Assembly (NCBI GenBank): GCA_963720825.1
Contig: CAVRGY010000006.1
Location: 61,827-125,826 of the forward strand
From: an uncultured Chloroflexia bacterium
GTDB lineage: Bacteria; Chloroflexota; Limnocylindria; Limnocylindrales; CSP1-4
DNA length: 64,000 nt
Direction: 5' to 3'
In this document: in pieces, positions 26,585 to 36,097 of the stretch
Layout of the letters: each line of letters begins with the position of its first letter
How positions within the stretch are numbered: position 1 is the first letter of the stretch
Notes under the pieces: generated by a model
Seen by the model: the letters and a program-made list of their open reading frames with translations, nothing else
The model's database searches: none
What the model was told of the DNA's origin: nothing
Position numbers and translations under genes: made by a program

Positions 26585-27999
26585 ACGACGACCAGACCCC
26601 GAGCGCCCCCGACGCCGACGCCGGCGATCCCCTCGACGAGACCCAGCGCGTCGAGGTTCCGCGCTACGCCCCGGCGCCCGATCCGCGTCCCGACGCGCAC
26701 TGGGCGTGGGCCCCTCCGGGCACGCAGCCATCCGCCGACCGATGGTACGAGCCGGCTGCCACCGAGCCCGGGCCAGTGCCGGCCTACGCCCCCGCAGCCC
26801 CCTGGGGCCCGCCGGGCTCGGGTGGTGGGATCACGCCCCCGCCGCCGATCCACGCCGCCGGACCGGCCGAGCCGCGGCGACGGGGTCCGGGCCTGGGCGC
26901 GGTCCTCGCGGCGTCCATCCTGTCCGCCGTGCTCGCCTCCGGCGGCACGGTGGTCGCGCTCGACCTCAACGGCGCCTTTGACCGCACCGTGGCCCCGGCG
27001 ACCACGGACAGCGCCAACACGACCGGGAGCACGACGCCGGTCACGATCGACGAGTCATCTGCGGTCATCGACGTGGCGGCCAAGGTCAGCCCGGCGGTGG
27101 TCAAGATCACCGTCGAGGGGCAGAGCAGCGATCCGTTCGGCAACGTGCCGTCGGAGGGCATCGGGTCGGGCGTGATCTACGACTCCCACGGCTGGATCCT
27201 CACCAACCGGCACGTCGTGTCCGGGTCGACGAGCCTGACCGTCGAGCTCAAGGACGGGCGCAAGTTTGACGGCACCGTGTACGGCATCGACACCCTGACC
27301 GACCTCGCCATCGTCAAGGTCGACCAGACAGGGCTGCCGACGGCCCCGATCGGGCACTCGGACGGGCTCAAGATCGGCCAGCTGGTGGTCGCGATCGGCA
27401 GCCCGCTCGGTCTCTACTCGTTCTCGGTCACCAGCGGGATCGTGTCCGGCAAGGGTCGCGACATCTCGGTCAGTGGCGGTACCCGGATCACCAACCTGAT
27501 CCAGACCGACGCCGCGATCAATCCCGGCAACTCGGGCGGGCCGCTCGCCGATGCCAGCGGCGCGGTGGTCGGGATCAACACGGCCGTGGCGACCGACTCC
27601 AGCGGGATCGGGTTTGCGATCCCGATCGACATCGCGCGCCCGATCATGGACCAGGCGGTCAGGGGCGAGGCGCTGTCGCGACCCTGGATCGGCATCCGGT
27701 TCCTGTCGATCGACCTGCAGCTGATGAAGGACGACAACCTGCCCGTCGACGCTGGCGCGCTGGTCTCGAGCAACGGCACGGACCCGGCGGTCCAGCAGAA
27801 CAGCCCGGCGGAGCAGGCGGGGGTCCAGGAGGGTGACATCATCACGTCGCTCAACGGGACACAGATCGACGCCGAGCATCCGCTCGATGCGCTGCTGGTC
27901 CAGTTCCCACCGGGCGACACGATCCAGCTCAGCGTGCTGCGCAACGGCAGCACGATCAATCTGAGCGTGACCCTCGGGACGCGTCCTCCCAACCTGTAG
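26581..27999 (+). CDS. HtrA/DegP-family trypsin-like serine protease with PDZ domain (PepD-like)
   Basis: ATGA overlap with the kinase gene. Pro-rich N-terminus plus a TM segment. Catalytic motifs TNRHVV, DLAIVK and GNSGGPL. C-terminal PDZ (GDIITSLNG..). Confidence 0.9.
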   Translation: MNDDQTPSAPDADAGDPLDETQRVEVPRYAPAPDPRPDAHWAWAPPGTQPSADRWYEPAATEPGPVPAYAPAAPWGPPGSGGGITPPPPIHAAGPAEPRRRGPGLGAVLAASILSAVLASGGTVVALDLNGAFDRTVAPATTDSANTTGSTTPVTIDESSAVIDVAAKVSPAVVKITVEGQSSDPFGNVPSEGIGSGVIYDSHGWILTNRHVVSGSTSLTVELKDGRKFDGTVYGIDTLTDLAIVKVDQTGLPTAPIGHSDGLKIGQLVVAIGSPLGLYSFSVTSGIVSGKGRDISVSGGTRITNLIQTDAAINPGNSGGPLADASGAVVGINTAVATDSSGIGFAIPIDIARPIMDQAVRGEALSRPWIGIRFLSIDLQLMKDDNLPVDAGALVSSNGTDPAVQQNSPAEQAGVQEGDIITSLNGTQIDAEHPLDALLVQFPPGDTIQLSVLRNGSTINLSVTLGTRPPNL

Positions 28000-28069
28000 C
28001 CCGCCCGGCCCGTGCGCCGCAGGCCCGGCAAACCGGCCGGCAACGGCGCCGTTCATCGGCCCGCCGCCC

Positions 28070-28435
28070 TCAGGTGGAGCGGCGCCGCCGGATCTCCACG
28101 CCCGCCGAGCGCAGGTGGCCGTCCAGCTTGACCCTGGGCTTGCGAACCCGGACGGTGACCTCCTCGACCGGGAACCCGCTGAGGATCTCGTGGGCGATCG
28201 CCTCGGCGAGCGCCTCGATGAGGTTGAAGCGGGTGGACTCGACGATCTGGCGGCAGACATCGAACACGCGGCCGTAGTCAACGGTCTGCTCGAGGTCGTC
28301 GTTGAGACCCGCCGGCTGGAGGCTGAGGGCAAGCTCCACGTCGACCTCGAACGGTTGCGGGGTGAGCTGCTCCTCCGGCAGGACTCCGTGGGTGCCCTGG
28401 AAGACCATCGAGTCCAGCACGATCCGATCGCTCAC
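28070..28435 (-). CDS. folB: dihydroneopterin aldolase
   Basis: GTG start overlapping the folP stop. DRIVLDSMVFQGTHGVLPEEQ..PQPFEVDVEL and TVDYGRV are typical FolB. Confidence 0.85.
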   Translation of the reverse strand: MSDRIVLDSMVFQGTHGVLPEEQLTPQPFEVDVELALSLQPAGLNDDLEQTVDYGRVFDVCRQIVESTRFNLIEALAEAIAHEILSGFPVEEVTVRVRKPRVKLDGHLRSAGVEIRRRRST

Positions 28436-29445
28436 CGCGATGCACCCCCGGCCCAGCCGTCCGGGCGCCAGCCGCGTGCGATCGCATCCGCGACCCGAGC
28501 TGCCCGGACGTTGGGGCGCACGTCGTGGACCCGCACCATGTCCACGCCGGCGGCGGCGGCCAGCGCCGTGGTCGCCGTTGTCGCCTCGACCCGTTGCTCG
28601 GGCGGCAGGTCCAGCAGCTTGCCCAGCGTGCTCTTGCGCGAGGTGCCGAGCAGGACGGGGCGGCCCAGCGTCCGGAGCTTGTCGAGCTGCGCCAGGAGCG
28701 CGAGGTTGTGGTCCGGGGTCTTGCCGAACCCGAACCCCGGGTCGACGATCAGGTCGTCCCATGCCACGCCGGCCGCGACGGCTCGCTCGAGCGCCCGGTC
28801 GAGGTCGGCCAGCACCTCGGCCACGAGGTTGCGGTAGCGAGCCTCCGCACGGTTGTGCATGAGCACGATGGGCACGCGCCGGGTGGCCGCCAGCCGGACC
28901 ATGGCCGGGTCGTCGTCCACGCCCCACACGTCGTTGAGCAGGTGGGCGCCGGCATCGAGCGCCGCCTCCGCGACCCGCGCGCTCGTGGTGTCGATCGAGA
29001 TCGGGGTCGCGGGCATGGCCGCGGCGACGGCTCGGATCACGGGCACGACGCGCCCGATCTCCTCGTCGGTCGGGACCTCCTCGTGGCCCGGCCGGCTCGA
29101 GGCGCCGCCGATGTCGAGCAGGTCGGCGCCCTCGTCGACCATCCGGCGGGCCAGCGCGACCGCGGCGGCGACGGGATCCGCGCGCGGGATCGTGGCGGAG
29201 CCGGCATCCGACGCCAGCAGCCCGTCGCCCGAGAAGGAGTCGGGGGTGACGTTGAGGATGCCCATGACGTAGGTCCGTGCGCCCCACTCGAACGTCCGGG
29301 GACCGATGGCGAGCGGCCGCGGAGCGCCGGGCAGCCCGTCCCGGGCGCCGGACGGAAGCTCGAACGATGGCGTGGCCGCCCCGCCGCCCACGTCCGGCCG
29401 CTCGGGCACGACGCCACGCGATCGGGGATCGTCGCGCGCGCTCAT
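28432..29445 (-). CDS. folP: dihydropteroate synthase
   Basis: VMGILNVTPDSFSGDG, GADLLDIGGASSRPG, ISIDT, NDVWG, DPGFGFGKT and GTSRKS. ATG overlaps the folC stop. Confidence 0.92.
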   Translation of the reverse strand: MSARDDPRSRGVVPERPDVGGGAATPSFELPSGARDGLPGAPRPLAIGPRTFEWGARTYVMGILNVTPDSFSGDGLLASDAGSATIPRADPVAAAVALARRMVDEGADLLDIGGASSRPGHEEVPTDEEIGRVVPVIRAVAAAMPATPISIDTTSARVAEAALDAGAHLLNDVWGVDDDPAMVRLAATRRVPIVLMHNRAEARYRNLVAEVLADLDRALERAVAAGVAWDDLIVDPGFGFGKTPDHNLALLAQLDKLRTLGRPVLLGTSRKSTLGKLLDLPPEQRVEATTATTALAAAAGVDMVRVHDVRPNVRAARVADAIARGWRPDGWAGGASR

Positions 29446-30837
29446 GCCGCCACCGGGTCGCGCAGCACCGGATCGTCGACCAGGCGCGATCGCACGGCCC
29501 CCACGAGGTACAGCGATCCGGCGACGACGATCGGCCCGCCCGCGGTCGCGAGCGCCTCGTCCATCGCCGCATCGACGGCACCGGCAACGCGCACCCGGGC
29601 ACCGGGCAGCGCGACGCGCCAGGCATCGGCGAGGTCGGCAGCGGGCATGGCGCGCGGCAGGTCGAGGGCGGTGCACACGACGTGCGCGCCGGCGAGCGAG
29701 CGTGCCGCGGCGACCGCGGTGAGCACGCCGGCCACGTCCTTGTCGCGCATCGCCGCCCACACCAGGGTGACCGGTGAAGGCGTGGCATCGCCGCCCCCGG
29801 CGAGCAGCGGCCGCAGGTCGTCGAGCGCGCCCGCGAGCGCGGCCCCGCCGGCCGGGTTGTGGGCGCCGTCGAGCAGGACCTCGCGGACCGTGCCGTCGCC
29901 CCCCGGGACCTGGACCAGCTCGAGGCGGCCCGGCCAGCGAACCGTCGCGTAGCCCTGCCGCCGGTGCTCGTCGGATGCGCGCGCGATGCCCGCGGTCTCG
30001 AGCGCGTCGAGCAGCGCCTCGGCGACCGCGACGTTGGCGGCCTGGTGACGGCCGCGCAGCGAGACCGTCACGCGACCCAGGCGCGGCAGCTCGACGTCGA
30101 GCGTGTCCCGGGTCCACCCGACGACCTGCGCTTCCTGGCGCGACGGTCAGCGGCGTGCCCAGCCGGGTGCACCGGCGCCGGATCACAGCCAGCGCGTCAC
30201 CGGTGGCGCCGGTCGCCGCGATGTCCCCGCGCTCGATGATCGCTGCCTTCTCACGTGCGATCGCTCGGATCGTCGGACCCAGCTGGTCCGTGTGGTCGAG
30301 GTCAACGTTGGTGACCACCGCGACGCCACCGTCCCACGCATGGGTCGCGTCGAGCCGCCCGCCGAGCCCGACCTCGACGAGCGCGACATCCGGGCCGGCC
30401 TCGGCAAAGTGCAGGAACATGACCGCGGTCAGCAGCTCGAACTCGGTCGGCGGGCCCAGGCGGGGCGAGATCCGGTCGGCGATCGGCAGGACGCGGGCAA
30501 CCAGGCGCGCGAACGCCTCCGGGTCGATGGGCCGGCCGTCGACGACGATCCGCTCGCGATAGCTGACCAGATGCGGCTTGGGGGTCTCGGCCACCCGGTA
30601 CCCGGCCGCCCGCAGCGCCGAGGCCGCCAGTGCGATCACGCTGCCCTTGCCGTTCGTCCCCGCGACGAGGGCGCCGCGCACGGCCAGCTGTGGATCGTCG
30701 AGGGCGCGGAGCAATGCCCTGACTCGCCCGAGCCCGAGCCGGATCCCGAAGCGGCCCCGGTCCTCGATCGCGCGCAGGGCCGCCGCATACGACAGCTCGG
30801 GAGTGGTCGACGAGCGCCCCGTGTCGAGCGTGCTCAC
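29442..30837 (-). pseudogene. folC: bifunctional folylpolyglutamate synthase / dihydrofolate synthase, split by a 1-nt frameshift near 30136-30141 (probable sequencing error)
   Basis: N-terminal part lies in the frame of ORF 28432..31044 (VAGTNGKGSV P-loop, VEVGLGGRLDAT, VVTNVDLDHTDQLG, EKAAII). It reads ..GTPLTVA and then loses sense. The frame of ORF 29442..30071 continues QEAQVVGWTRDTLDVELPRLGRVTVSLRGRHQAANVAVA..LDGAHNP.. Confidence 0.8.
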
Positions 30838-31148
30838 TCCTTCGTCAGCTCGTCCTCGTAGAACACGCACTGGTTGAAGCGCGGGGTGAGGCACATGTCG
30901 TTCACGAACCCCTCGTCCATGTGGACGCCGCCGCGCAGCTGGCAGCGCGACACGTTCGCGGGCTGGCGCAGCAGGCCCTTGAGCAGGTGGGGCGCCTGGA
31001 TCGGGATCGCGCCCCGGGGTCCGGTCAGGTAGAAGTGCGGACACACGTTCCGGCGGATGCTCGGCAGGCCGAACCCGCCACGCGGCGGGCTCGTGGGACC
31101 GGGGCCCATCGGACGCATGCCCAACCGGGCCGGCGAGCGCTGTGGCAT
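30834..31148 (-). CDS. small Cys-rich hypothetical protein, translationally coupled to folC
   Basis: C-terminal ~70 aa of ORF 30834..31496 has ordinary composition (NVCPHFYLTGPRGAIPIQAPHLLKGLLRQPANVSRCQLRGGVHMDEGFVNDMCLTPRFNQCVFYEDELTKE). Stop overlaps the folC GTG (GTGA). The start is uncertain (ATG at 31148, 31118 or 31109). Confidence 0.45.
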   Translation of the reverse strand: MPQRSPARLGMRPMGPGPTSPPRGGFGLPSIRRNVCPHFYLTGPRGAIPIQAPHLLKGLLRQPANVSRCQLRGGVHMDEGFVNDMCLTPRFNQCVFYEDELTKE

Positions 31149-31531
31149 CCCGAACCCGTTGCTGGGCGCGGCCGGCGCATCGACCCCCGTGCCATTCGTG
31201 GCGTCGACCGGGCGCGCCTGGACGCGGGCGATCGGCCCGTGGCTCCAGGAGCCGCGATCACCCGGCGATGGGCGCGTCGGCCGTCGGTCGCGGGGTTCCA
31301 AACCCTCCCTCGCATGGTCGGCGCCCGCTTGGACGGGCGGTGCCTCGACGCAGCGCAGGGTACCACCGGGGCAGGACCGGAGGGCCGACGCCGCCAGGGT
31401 CCGGCGCACGCAGGCACCACCCCGGGGGCGGCGATGCACCACCCGGAGGAGCCGGGTACCCGGATCGCGCCCAGACGGATGGGACGGGCACGGCACCCGG
31501 TTCCGCCGAGGACCGGGCTGCCGGGCGCTTC

Positions 31532-32758
31532 ATGCGACAATCGGCCCCGATGGATTCCCGTCGTGGAGGACGCCCTCCGCAGGTCCGCCCCCGTCCCCCC
31601 TCGAACGGCCGCAAGGCGCCGGTCAAGGTCCGCCCCATCGCGCCGTCGCCGACGCGCCTGGCCCGACACAAGCGGATCGAGCGGCGGCAGGGGCTGCCCA
31701 CGCCCCTGCGGGCATTGCTCGCGTTCTCGATCATCGTCCTGGGCGCCACGATCGTGTGGGTCGGCGGCGGTCGAGTGGGCCCGTTCCTGTCGGACGCCGT
31801 GGCCGGGTTCGGGGACTTCGTGGGCAAGGTCGGCAGCGTGGTCAGCAGCCCGTCGCCCACGCCGGCGCCGGCGATCAGCGGCGCACCCTCGATCGTCGCT
31901 CCCGACGAGCCCTACACCAGCATCGAGACGGTCGACATCACCGTGAACGTCCCGTCCGAGGTCGTCGGCCGTGCCGATTACACGGTCCGGCTGTGGGACA
32001 CGCTGGCCGATACGCCGACCGCGATCGTCGCCGAGGTCCCGGTGGGCCCCACCTCCGTCCTGCTGCTGCCGGGCGTGACCCTGTCCAGCGGACGCAACGA
32101 CATGCAGGCCTCGATCCTCGGCCCGTCGGGCGAAAGCGAGCGCTCGACCATCGTCACCTGGGTGCTGGACCAGGCGAAGCCGAAGGTCACCATCACCACG
32201 CCCAAGGACAACGCGGCGGTGACCAGGTCAACCGTCACGATCAAGGGCAAGACGCAGGCGCGCAGCTCGATCCTGGCGAGGAACGACGCGAACTCGGCGA
32301 CCGGGAGCACCCAGGCAGATGCCGACGGACTGTTCGCGGTGACCATCGCCGTCGCCTCCGGCGCCAACAGCATCACCATCACGGCGACCGATCCCGCCGG
32401 CAATGCCGAGAGCACGGTCCTCCGGGTCCGCCGAGGGTCGGGCAAGCTGACCGTGGCGCTGACCGGGAACGTGTACCAGTTCACGGCATCGAAGCTGCCG
32501 CGGGACGCCAGGTACACCGTCGTCGTCACCGGTCCTGATGGCCGCCCCCTGGGCGGTGGGACGGCGCTGTTCACGATCTCCGTGCCCGGGCTCGAAGCGA
32601 TCGTCTCGGCCGAGGTCCTCACCGATTCGGATGGGACGGCGAGCTTCTCGACGCAGATCCCGAAGGGCGCGATGGCGGGGTCCGGCCTGGCCACCGTCCT
32701 GGTCACCACGGTTGAGGACGGCACGGGGACCGACCGCAAGGTGCTCACGGTCAAGTAG
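31532..32758 (+). CDS. membrane-anchored protein with repeated Ig-like (Big-type) extracellular domains
   Basis: Internal ATG (residue 131 of ORF 31142..32758). Basic N-terminus, a single TM (ALLAFSIIVLGATIVWVGGG), then beta-rich repeats (VTITTPKDNAAVTRSTVTIKGKT.., ANSITITATDPAGNAES..). Confidence 0.65.
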   Translation: MRQSAPMDSRRGGRPPQVRPRPPSNGRKAPVKVRPIAPSPTRLARHKRIERRQGLPTPLRALLAFSIIVLGATIVWVGGGRVGPFLSDAVAGFGDFVGKVGSVVSSPSPTPAPAISGAPSIVAPDEPYTSIETVDITVNVPSEVVGRADYTVRLWDTLADTPTAIVAEVPVGPTSVLLLPGVTLSSGRNDMQASILGPSGESERSTIVTWVLDQAKPKVTITTPKDNAAVTRSTVTIKGKTQARSSILARNDANSATGSTQADADGLFAVTIAVASGANSITITATDPAGNAESTVLRVRRGSGKLTVALTGNVYQFTASKLPRDARYTVVVTGPDGRPLGGGTALFTISVPGLEAIVSAEVLTDSDGTASFSTQIPKGAMAGSGLATVLVTTVEDGTGTDRKVLTVK

Positions 32759-32827
32759 CCATCGCCGGGGGCTGACAGACCGCAATCAGCGCTCGACAGC
32801 AGCGCCGGGCGCAGCTACGATCCGACC

Positions 32828-33256
32828 ATGCCGCTCTGGCGTTGTCCGCATTGCGGAACCCCGCAGGCCGAGACCTCCCGATGCTGGGTCTGCCGACGCT
32901 CGACCACCTCGTGCGCGACGTGTCGTCACTTCCGTCGAGGCGTCGCGAATGGCCTCGGCCTGTGCGGGCTCGACCCTCGCCGCATCGCTCTCCGGGGGAC
33001 CGAGATGCGCCCGTGCTGGACGGCATCCGAGGCGGTCATCGAGGGCGTGCCACAGGAGCCCGGCGGGGACGGCGCGACCGCGGCGCGACGTGATCCGGGC
33101 GGTCGCGCACCTCGAACGTTCGTTCCAGTCGACGAGCTTGATCGGCGGCGGGACGGGCCGCGGGCGGAGGCGCCGCGGGCGGCTCCGGATCCCTCACCGG
33201 CGGACCGGATCCCCACGCCAGGCGGTTGGTCGCTGTGGGGTGAGCTCGACGGCTGA
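32828..33256 (+). CDS. hypothetical zinc-ribbon protein
   Basis: N-terminus WRCPHCGTPQAETSRCWVCRRSTTSCATCRHF has paired CxxC motifs. The C-terminal half is low complexity. Confidence 0.5.
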   Translation: MPLWRCPHCGTPQAETSRCWVCRRSTTSCATCRHFRRGVANGLGLCGLDPRRIALRGTEMRPCWTASEAVIEGVPQEPGGDGATAARRDPGGRAPRTFVPVDELDRRRDGPRAEAPRAAPDPSPADRIPTPGGWSLWGELDG

Positions 33257-33307
33257 CGCGCGGATCCGTCGGGCGCGGGCCCGCGGCGCGACGCGGCCGA
33301 GCCTGTC

Positions 33308-35056
33308 CTACGGGAGTGCGGTCGGCGTTGGCGGCGGCGCGTCGGTTGGCGGGGCGGTTGGCGGCGTCGTGGGCGGCGTCGTGGGCGGCGGCGCGGTGGG
33401 CGGCGGCGCGGTGGGCGTTGGCGGCACCGGGGTCGGAGTCGGTGGCTCGGTCGGGGTGGGGCTGGGCGTCGGCGACGGCGTCTCGGTCGGGCTGGGCGTC
33501 GGCTCGGGACCCTTCGAGACCACGTAGTCGACCGGTGTCAGCGGTGTCACCAGGATGCCCGGCCCGGGGGTCTGGCTGATGACCGCGCCGACCGGCACGA
33601 ACGGATCAAACGCCTCGGTGCGGCTGCCCACGCTGAGGCTATCCGTGACGACCAGCTGCAGCGCCTCGGATTCGGGGCGGTTGCGAAGGTCCGGGACGGC
33701 CACCGACTCCTTGCCGCGCGCGACGGTCAGCTTGATCTCGGTGTCGGCCGGGACGCTGGCTCCCTGGGCGGGATCCTGGGACAGCACCGTATCCGGGGCC
33801 ACGTCCGTCCGCTCCTCGGAGGCGGCGCGCACCACCGTGAGCCCCAGGTCCGCCGCCATGGCCTCGGCGTCGGTGTACGCGAGGTTCACGAACGACGGGA
33901 CCGTCACCAGGCTCGGCGACGCGCTCGGCGCAGGCGTGCCGCCGCCGGCGAGCAGCTGGAAGATGAGGAAGCCGGCGACCGCGAGGATGACCAGCCCCAG
34001 AGCGCCTGCGACCCACGCCCACACACCGGCCCCGCCGCCGTCGTCATCGTCACGAGCCGGCGGGGGCGGAGGCGTGCCACGCGTCGAGATCGGCGATGGC
34101 CCGTTCCCCCGGGCATAGGCCTCGGGCGGGTACGGCACCGGCGGGTTCGGGCGGGCGGCTGCGGACGCGACGGTCATCGCGGCGCCGACCGGAGCTGCGG
34201 CAGGAGGCTGTCCTGCGGGTGGCTGGGCGGCAGGGGTGCCCAGGAACCCCTCGAGCGCGCTCGCCATCGCGGCGGCGGAGCTGTAGCGGTGCTCCGGGTG
34301 GAGCGCCATCGCGCGCAGGACGATCGCGTCCAGCGCGGGCGGTACCGACGGCCGGAGAGCCGACGGCCGCGGCGGCGTCGTCGTCAGCCGCGCCAGGGCG
34401 ACGGCCGCGGACCCGTCCCCGGAGAACGGGCGCTGACCGGTCAGCGACTCGTACAGCACGATGCCCAGGGCGTAGATGTCCGAGGCGACGGTCGCCGGCT
34501 CGCCGCGCGCCTGCTCGGGGCTGAAGTAGTGCACGGACCCCATCGTCGTGCCCGGCAGCGTCAGCTGCGATTCGGCGAGCGCCCTGGCGATCCCGAAATC
34601 CGCCACCTTGACCCGGCCGTCACGCCCGACGAGCACGTTCGACGGCTTCACGTCGCGATGGACGATGCCGCGGACGTGGGCGGCGTGGAGCGCCTTGGCG
34701 ACCTCCGCGGACACCCGCGCGGCCTGTCGCGGGGCCAGTGGCCCCGACTCGCGGATGATCGACGCGAGGTCCTGGCCCTCGACCAGCTCCATCACGATGT
34801 ACGGCCCGGAGTCGTCCTCGCCGAAGTCGTGGACGGCGACGATGTTGGGGTGGCTCAACGACGCAGCCGCACGGGCCTCGTCACGGAACCTGGCCAGGAA
34901 GTCGGGGTCGCGTCCGAACTCGGTCCGCAACAGCTTGACCGCGACATCGCGCTCGAGCTGCGCGTCGCGCGCGCGATAGATCCGGGCCATGCCGCCCTGT
35001 CCGAGAAGCTCCAGCAGGCGGTATCGGCCGCCGAGGACGCTTCCGATCTCGGTCAC
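33308..35056 (-). CDS. pknB: Ser/Thr protein kinase with two PASTA repeats and a Pro/Thr-rich tail
   Basis: GTG at residue 74 of ORF 33308..35275. Kinase motifs LGQGGMARIY, VAVKLL, HRDVKPSN, DFGIA and SPEQA. A TM segment, then PASTA-like VTVPSFVNLAYTDAEAMAADLGL.. and VAVPDLRNRPESEALQLV. Confidence 0.9.
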   Translation of the reverse strand: MTEIGSVLGGRYRLLELLGQGGMARIYRARDAQLERDVAVKLLRTEFGRDPDFLARFRDEARAAASLSHPNIVAVHDFGEDDSGPYIVMELVEGQDLASIIRESGPLAPRQAARVSAEVAKALHAAHVRGIVHRDVKPSNVLVGRDGRVKVADFGIARALAESQLTLPGTTMGSVHYFSPEQARGEPATVASDIYALGIVLYESLTGQRPFSGDGSAAVALARLTTTPPRPSALRPSVPPALDAIVLRAMALHPEHRYSSAAAMASALEGFLGTPAAQPPAGQPPAAAPVGAAMTVASAAARPNPPVPYPPEAYARGNGPSPISTRGTPPPPPARDDDDGGGAGVWAWVAGALGLVILAVAGFLIFQLLAGGGTPAPSASPSLVTVPSFVNLAYTDAEAMAADLGLTVVRAASEERTDVAPDTVLSQDPAQGASVPADTEIKLTVARGKESVAVPDLRNRPESEALQLVVTDSLSVGSRTEAFDPFVPVGAVISQTPGPGILVTPLTPVDYVVSKGPEPTPSPTETPSPTPSPTPTEPPTPTPVPPTPTAPPPTAPPPTTPPTTPPTAPPTDAPPPTPTALP

Positions 35057-35138
35057 GGTCTGGTCATCTCCATGCGACGTTCGTGGATCTCGGGACCGCG
35101 GGCATCCTACAGCACCGCGATGCCACGGCCGGGGCCGA

Positions 35139-36017
35139 TCAGAAGTCGAGCGTCCCCAGGTATTCCCGGAACTCCGGCCCCGTGTCCGGCCGGGACATGG
35201 CGATCTCGACCGAGGCCTTGAGCCACCCCATCGTGGTCCCGGCGTCGTAGCGCTCGCCCTCGAAGGCGTAGCCATAGACGCTCTGCTCGTCCATCAGCGC
35301 CTGGATCGCATCGGTGAGCTGGATCTCACCGCCGCTGCCGCGCTGCGTCTGCTCGAGCTTGTCGAAGATCTTGGGCGTCAGGACGTAGCGGCCGATGACC
35401 GCGAGGCTGGATGGAGCCGCCTGGGGCTCCGGCTTCTCGACGATGGACGAGATGCGGAAGGTCCGGTCCTGGTCCGGTCCCTCGGTCATCCGCTCGCCGC
35501 CGATCACGCCGTAGCGGCGCGTCTCCTCGGGCGGGACCTCCATCACGGCGACGACCGATCCGTGCACCTGGTGGTAGACGTGGATCAGCTGGCCGATGCA
35601 CGGGCGGTCCGCGATCACGACGTCATCGGGCAGGATGACGGCGAACGGCTCATGCCCGATCAGGTCCTTGGCCATCAGCACGGCGTGACCCAGGCCGAGC
35701 TGCTCCTTCTGGCGGATGTAGGCGATCTGTGCGAGATCGCTGATGTTCCGCACCTGGCGGAGCTTCTCGATGTCGCCCTTCTCCTCGAGCAGGTGCTCCA
35801 GCTCGTAGTTGAGGTCGAAGTGATCCTCGATCGCCCGCTTCTGGGACGAGGTGACGATGATGACCTGCTCGATCCCGGCGGCGACGGCCTCCTCGACCGC
35901 GTACTGGATGATCGGCTTGTCGACCAGGGGCAGCATCTCCTTGGGTTGCGCCTTCGTGGCGGGAAGGAAACGGGTGCCCCAGCCGGCGGCGGGGAAGACG
36001 GCTTTTCGGACGCGCAT
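35139..36017 (-). CDS. galU: UTP--glucose-1-phosphate uridylyltransferase
   Basis: Internal ATG gives MRVRKAVFPAAGWGTRFLPATKAQPKEMLPLVDKPIIQY..VEKP..GRYVL, the canonical GalU pattern. 292 aa. Confidence 0.92.
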   Translation of the reverse strand: MRVRKAVFPAAGWGTRFLPATKAQPKEMLPLVDKPIIQYAVEEAVAAGIEQVIIVTSSQKRAIEDHFDLNYELEHLLEEKGDIEKLRQVRNISDLAQIAYIRQKEQLGLGHAVLMAKDLIGHEPFAVILPDDVVIADRPCIGQLIHVYHQVHGSVVAVMEVPPEETRRYGVIGGERMTEGPDQDRTFRISSIVEKPEPQAAPSSLAVIGRYVLTPKIFDKLEQTQRGSGGEIQLTDAIQALMDEQSVYGYAFEGERYDAGTTMGWLKASVEIAMSRPDTGPEFREYLGTLDF

Positions 36018-36097
36018 CGAACCTCTCGGGCGGGTGGGCGGTCGAGCCAGTATACCGGTGGGTCCGATCGACCCCGCCGGGCGCCCAGGTTGGGCGA

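Noticed and set aside
24147-27999. The response regulator / histidine kinase / HtrA protease trio as something novel.
   Set aside because: It matches the well-known MprA-MprB-PepD (CseBC-HtrA-like) envelope-stress arrangement of high-GC Gram-positives. It is ordinary.
33311-33510. CRISPR-like or satellite repeats, here and at 6327-6404 and 50595-50705.
   Set aside because: All three are in-frame, short-unit coding repeats: the Pro/Thr tail of the kinase, GxPDG units, and a GGN tract. They have no spacers of unique sequence.
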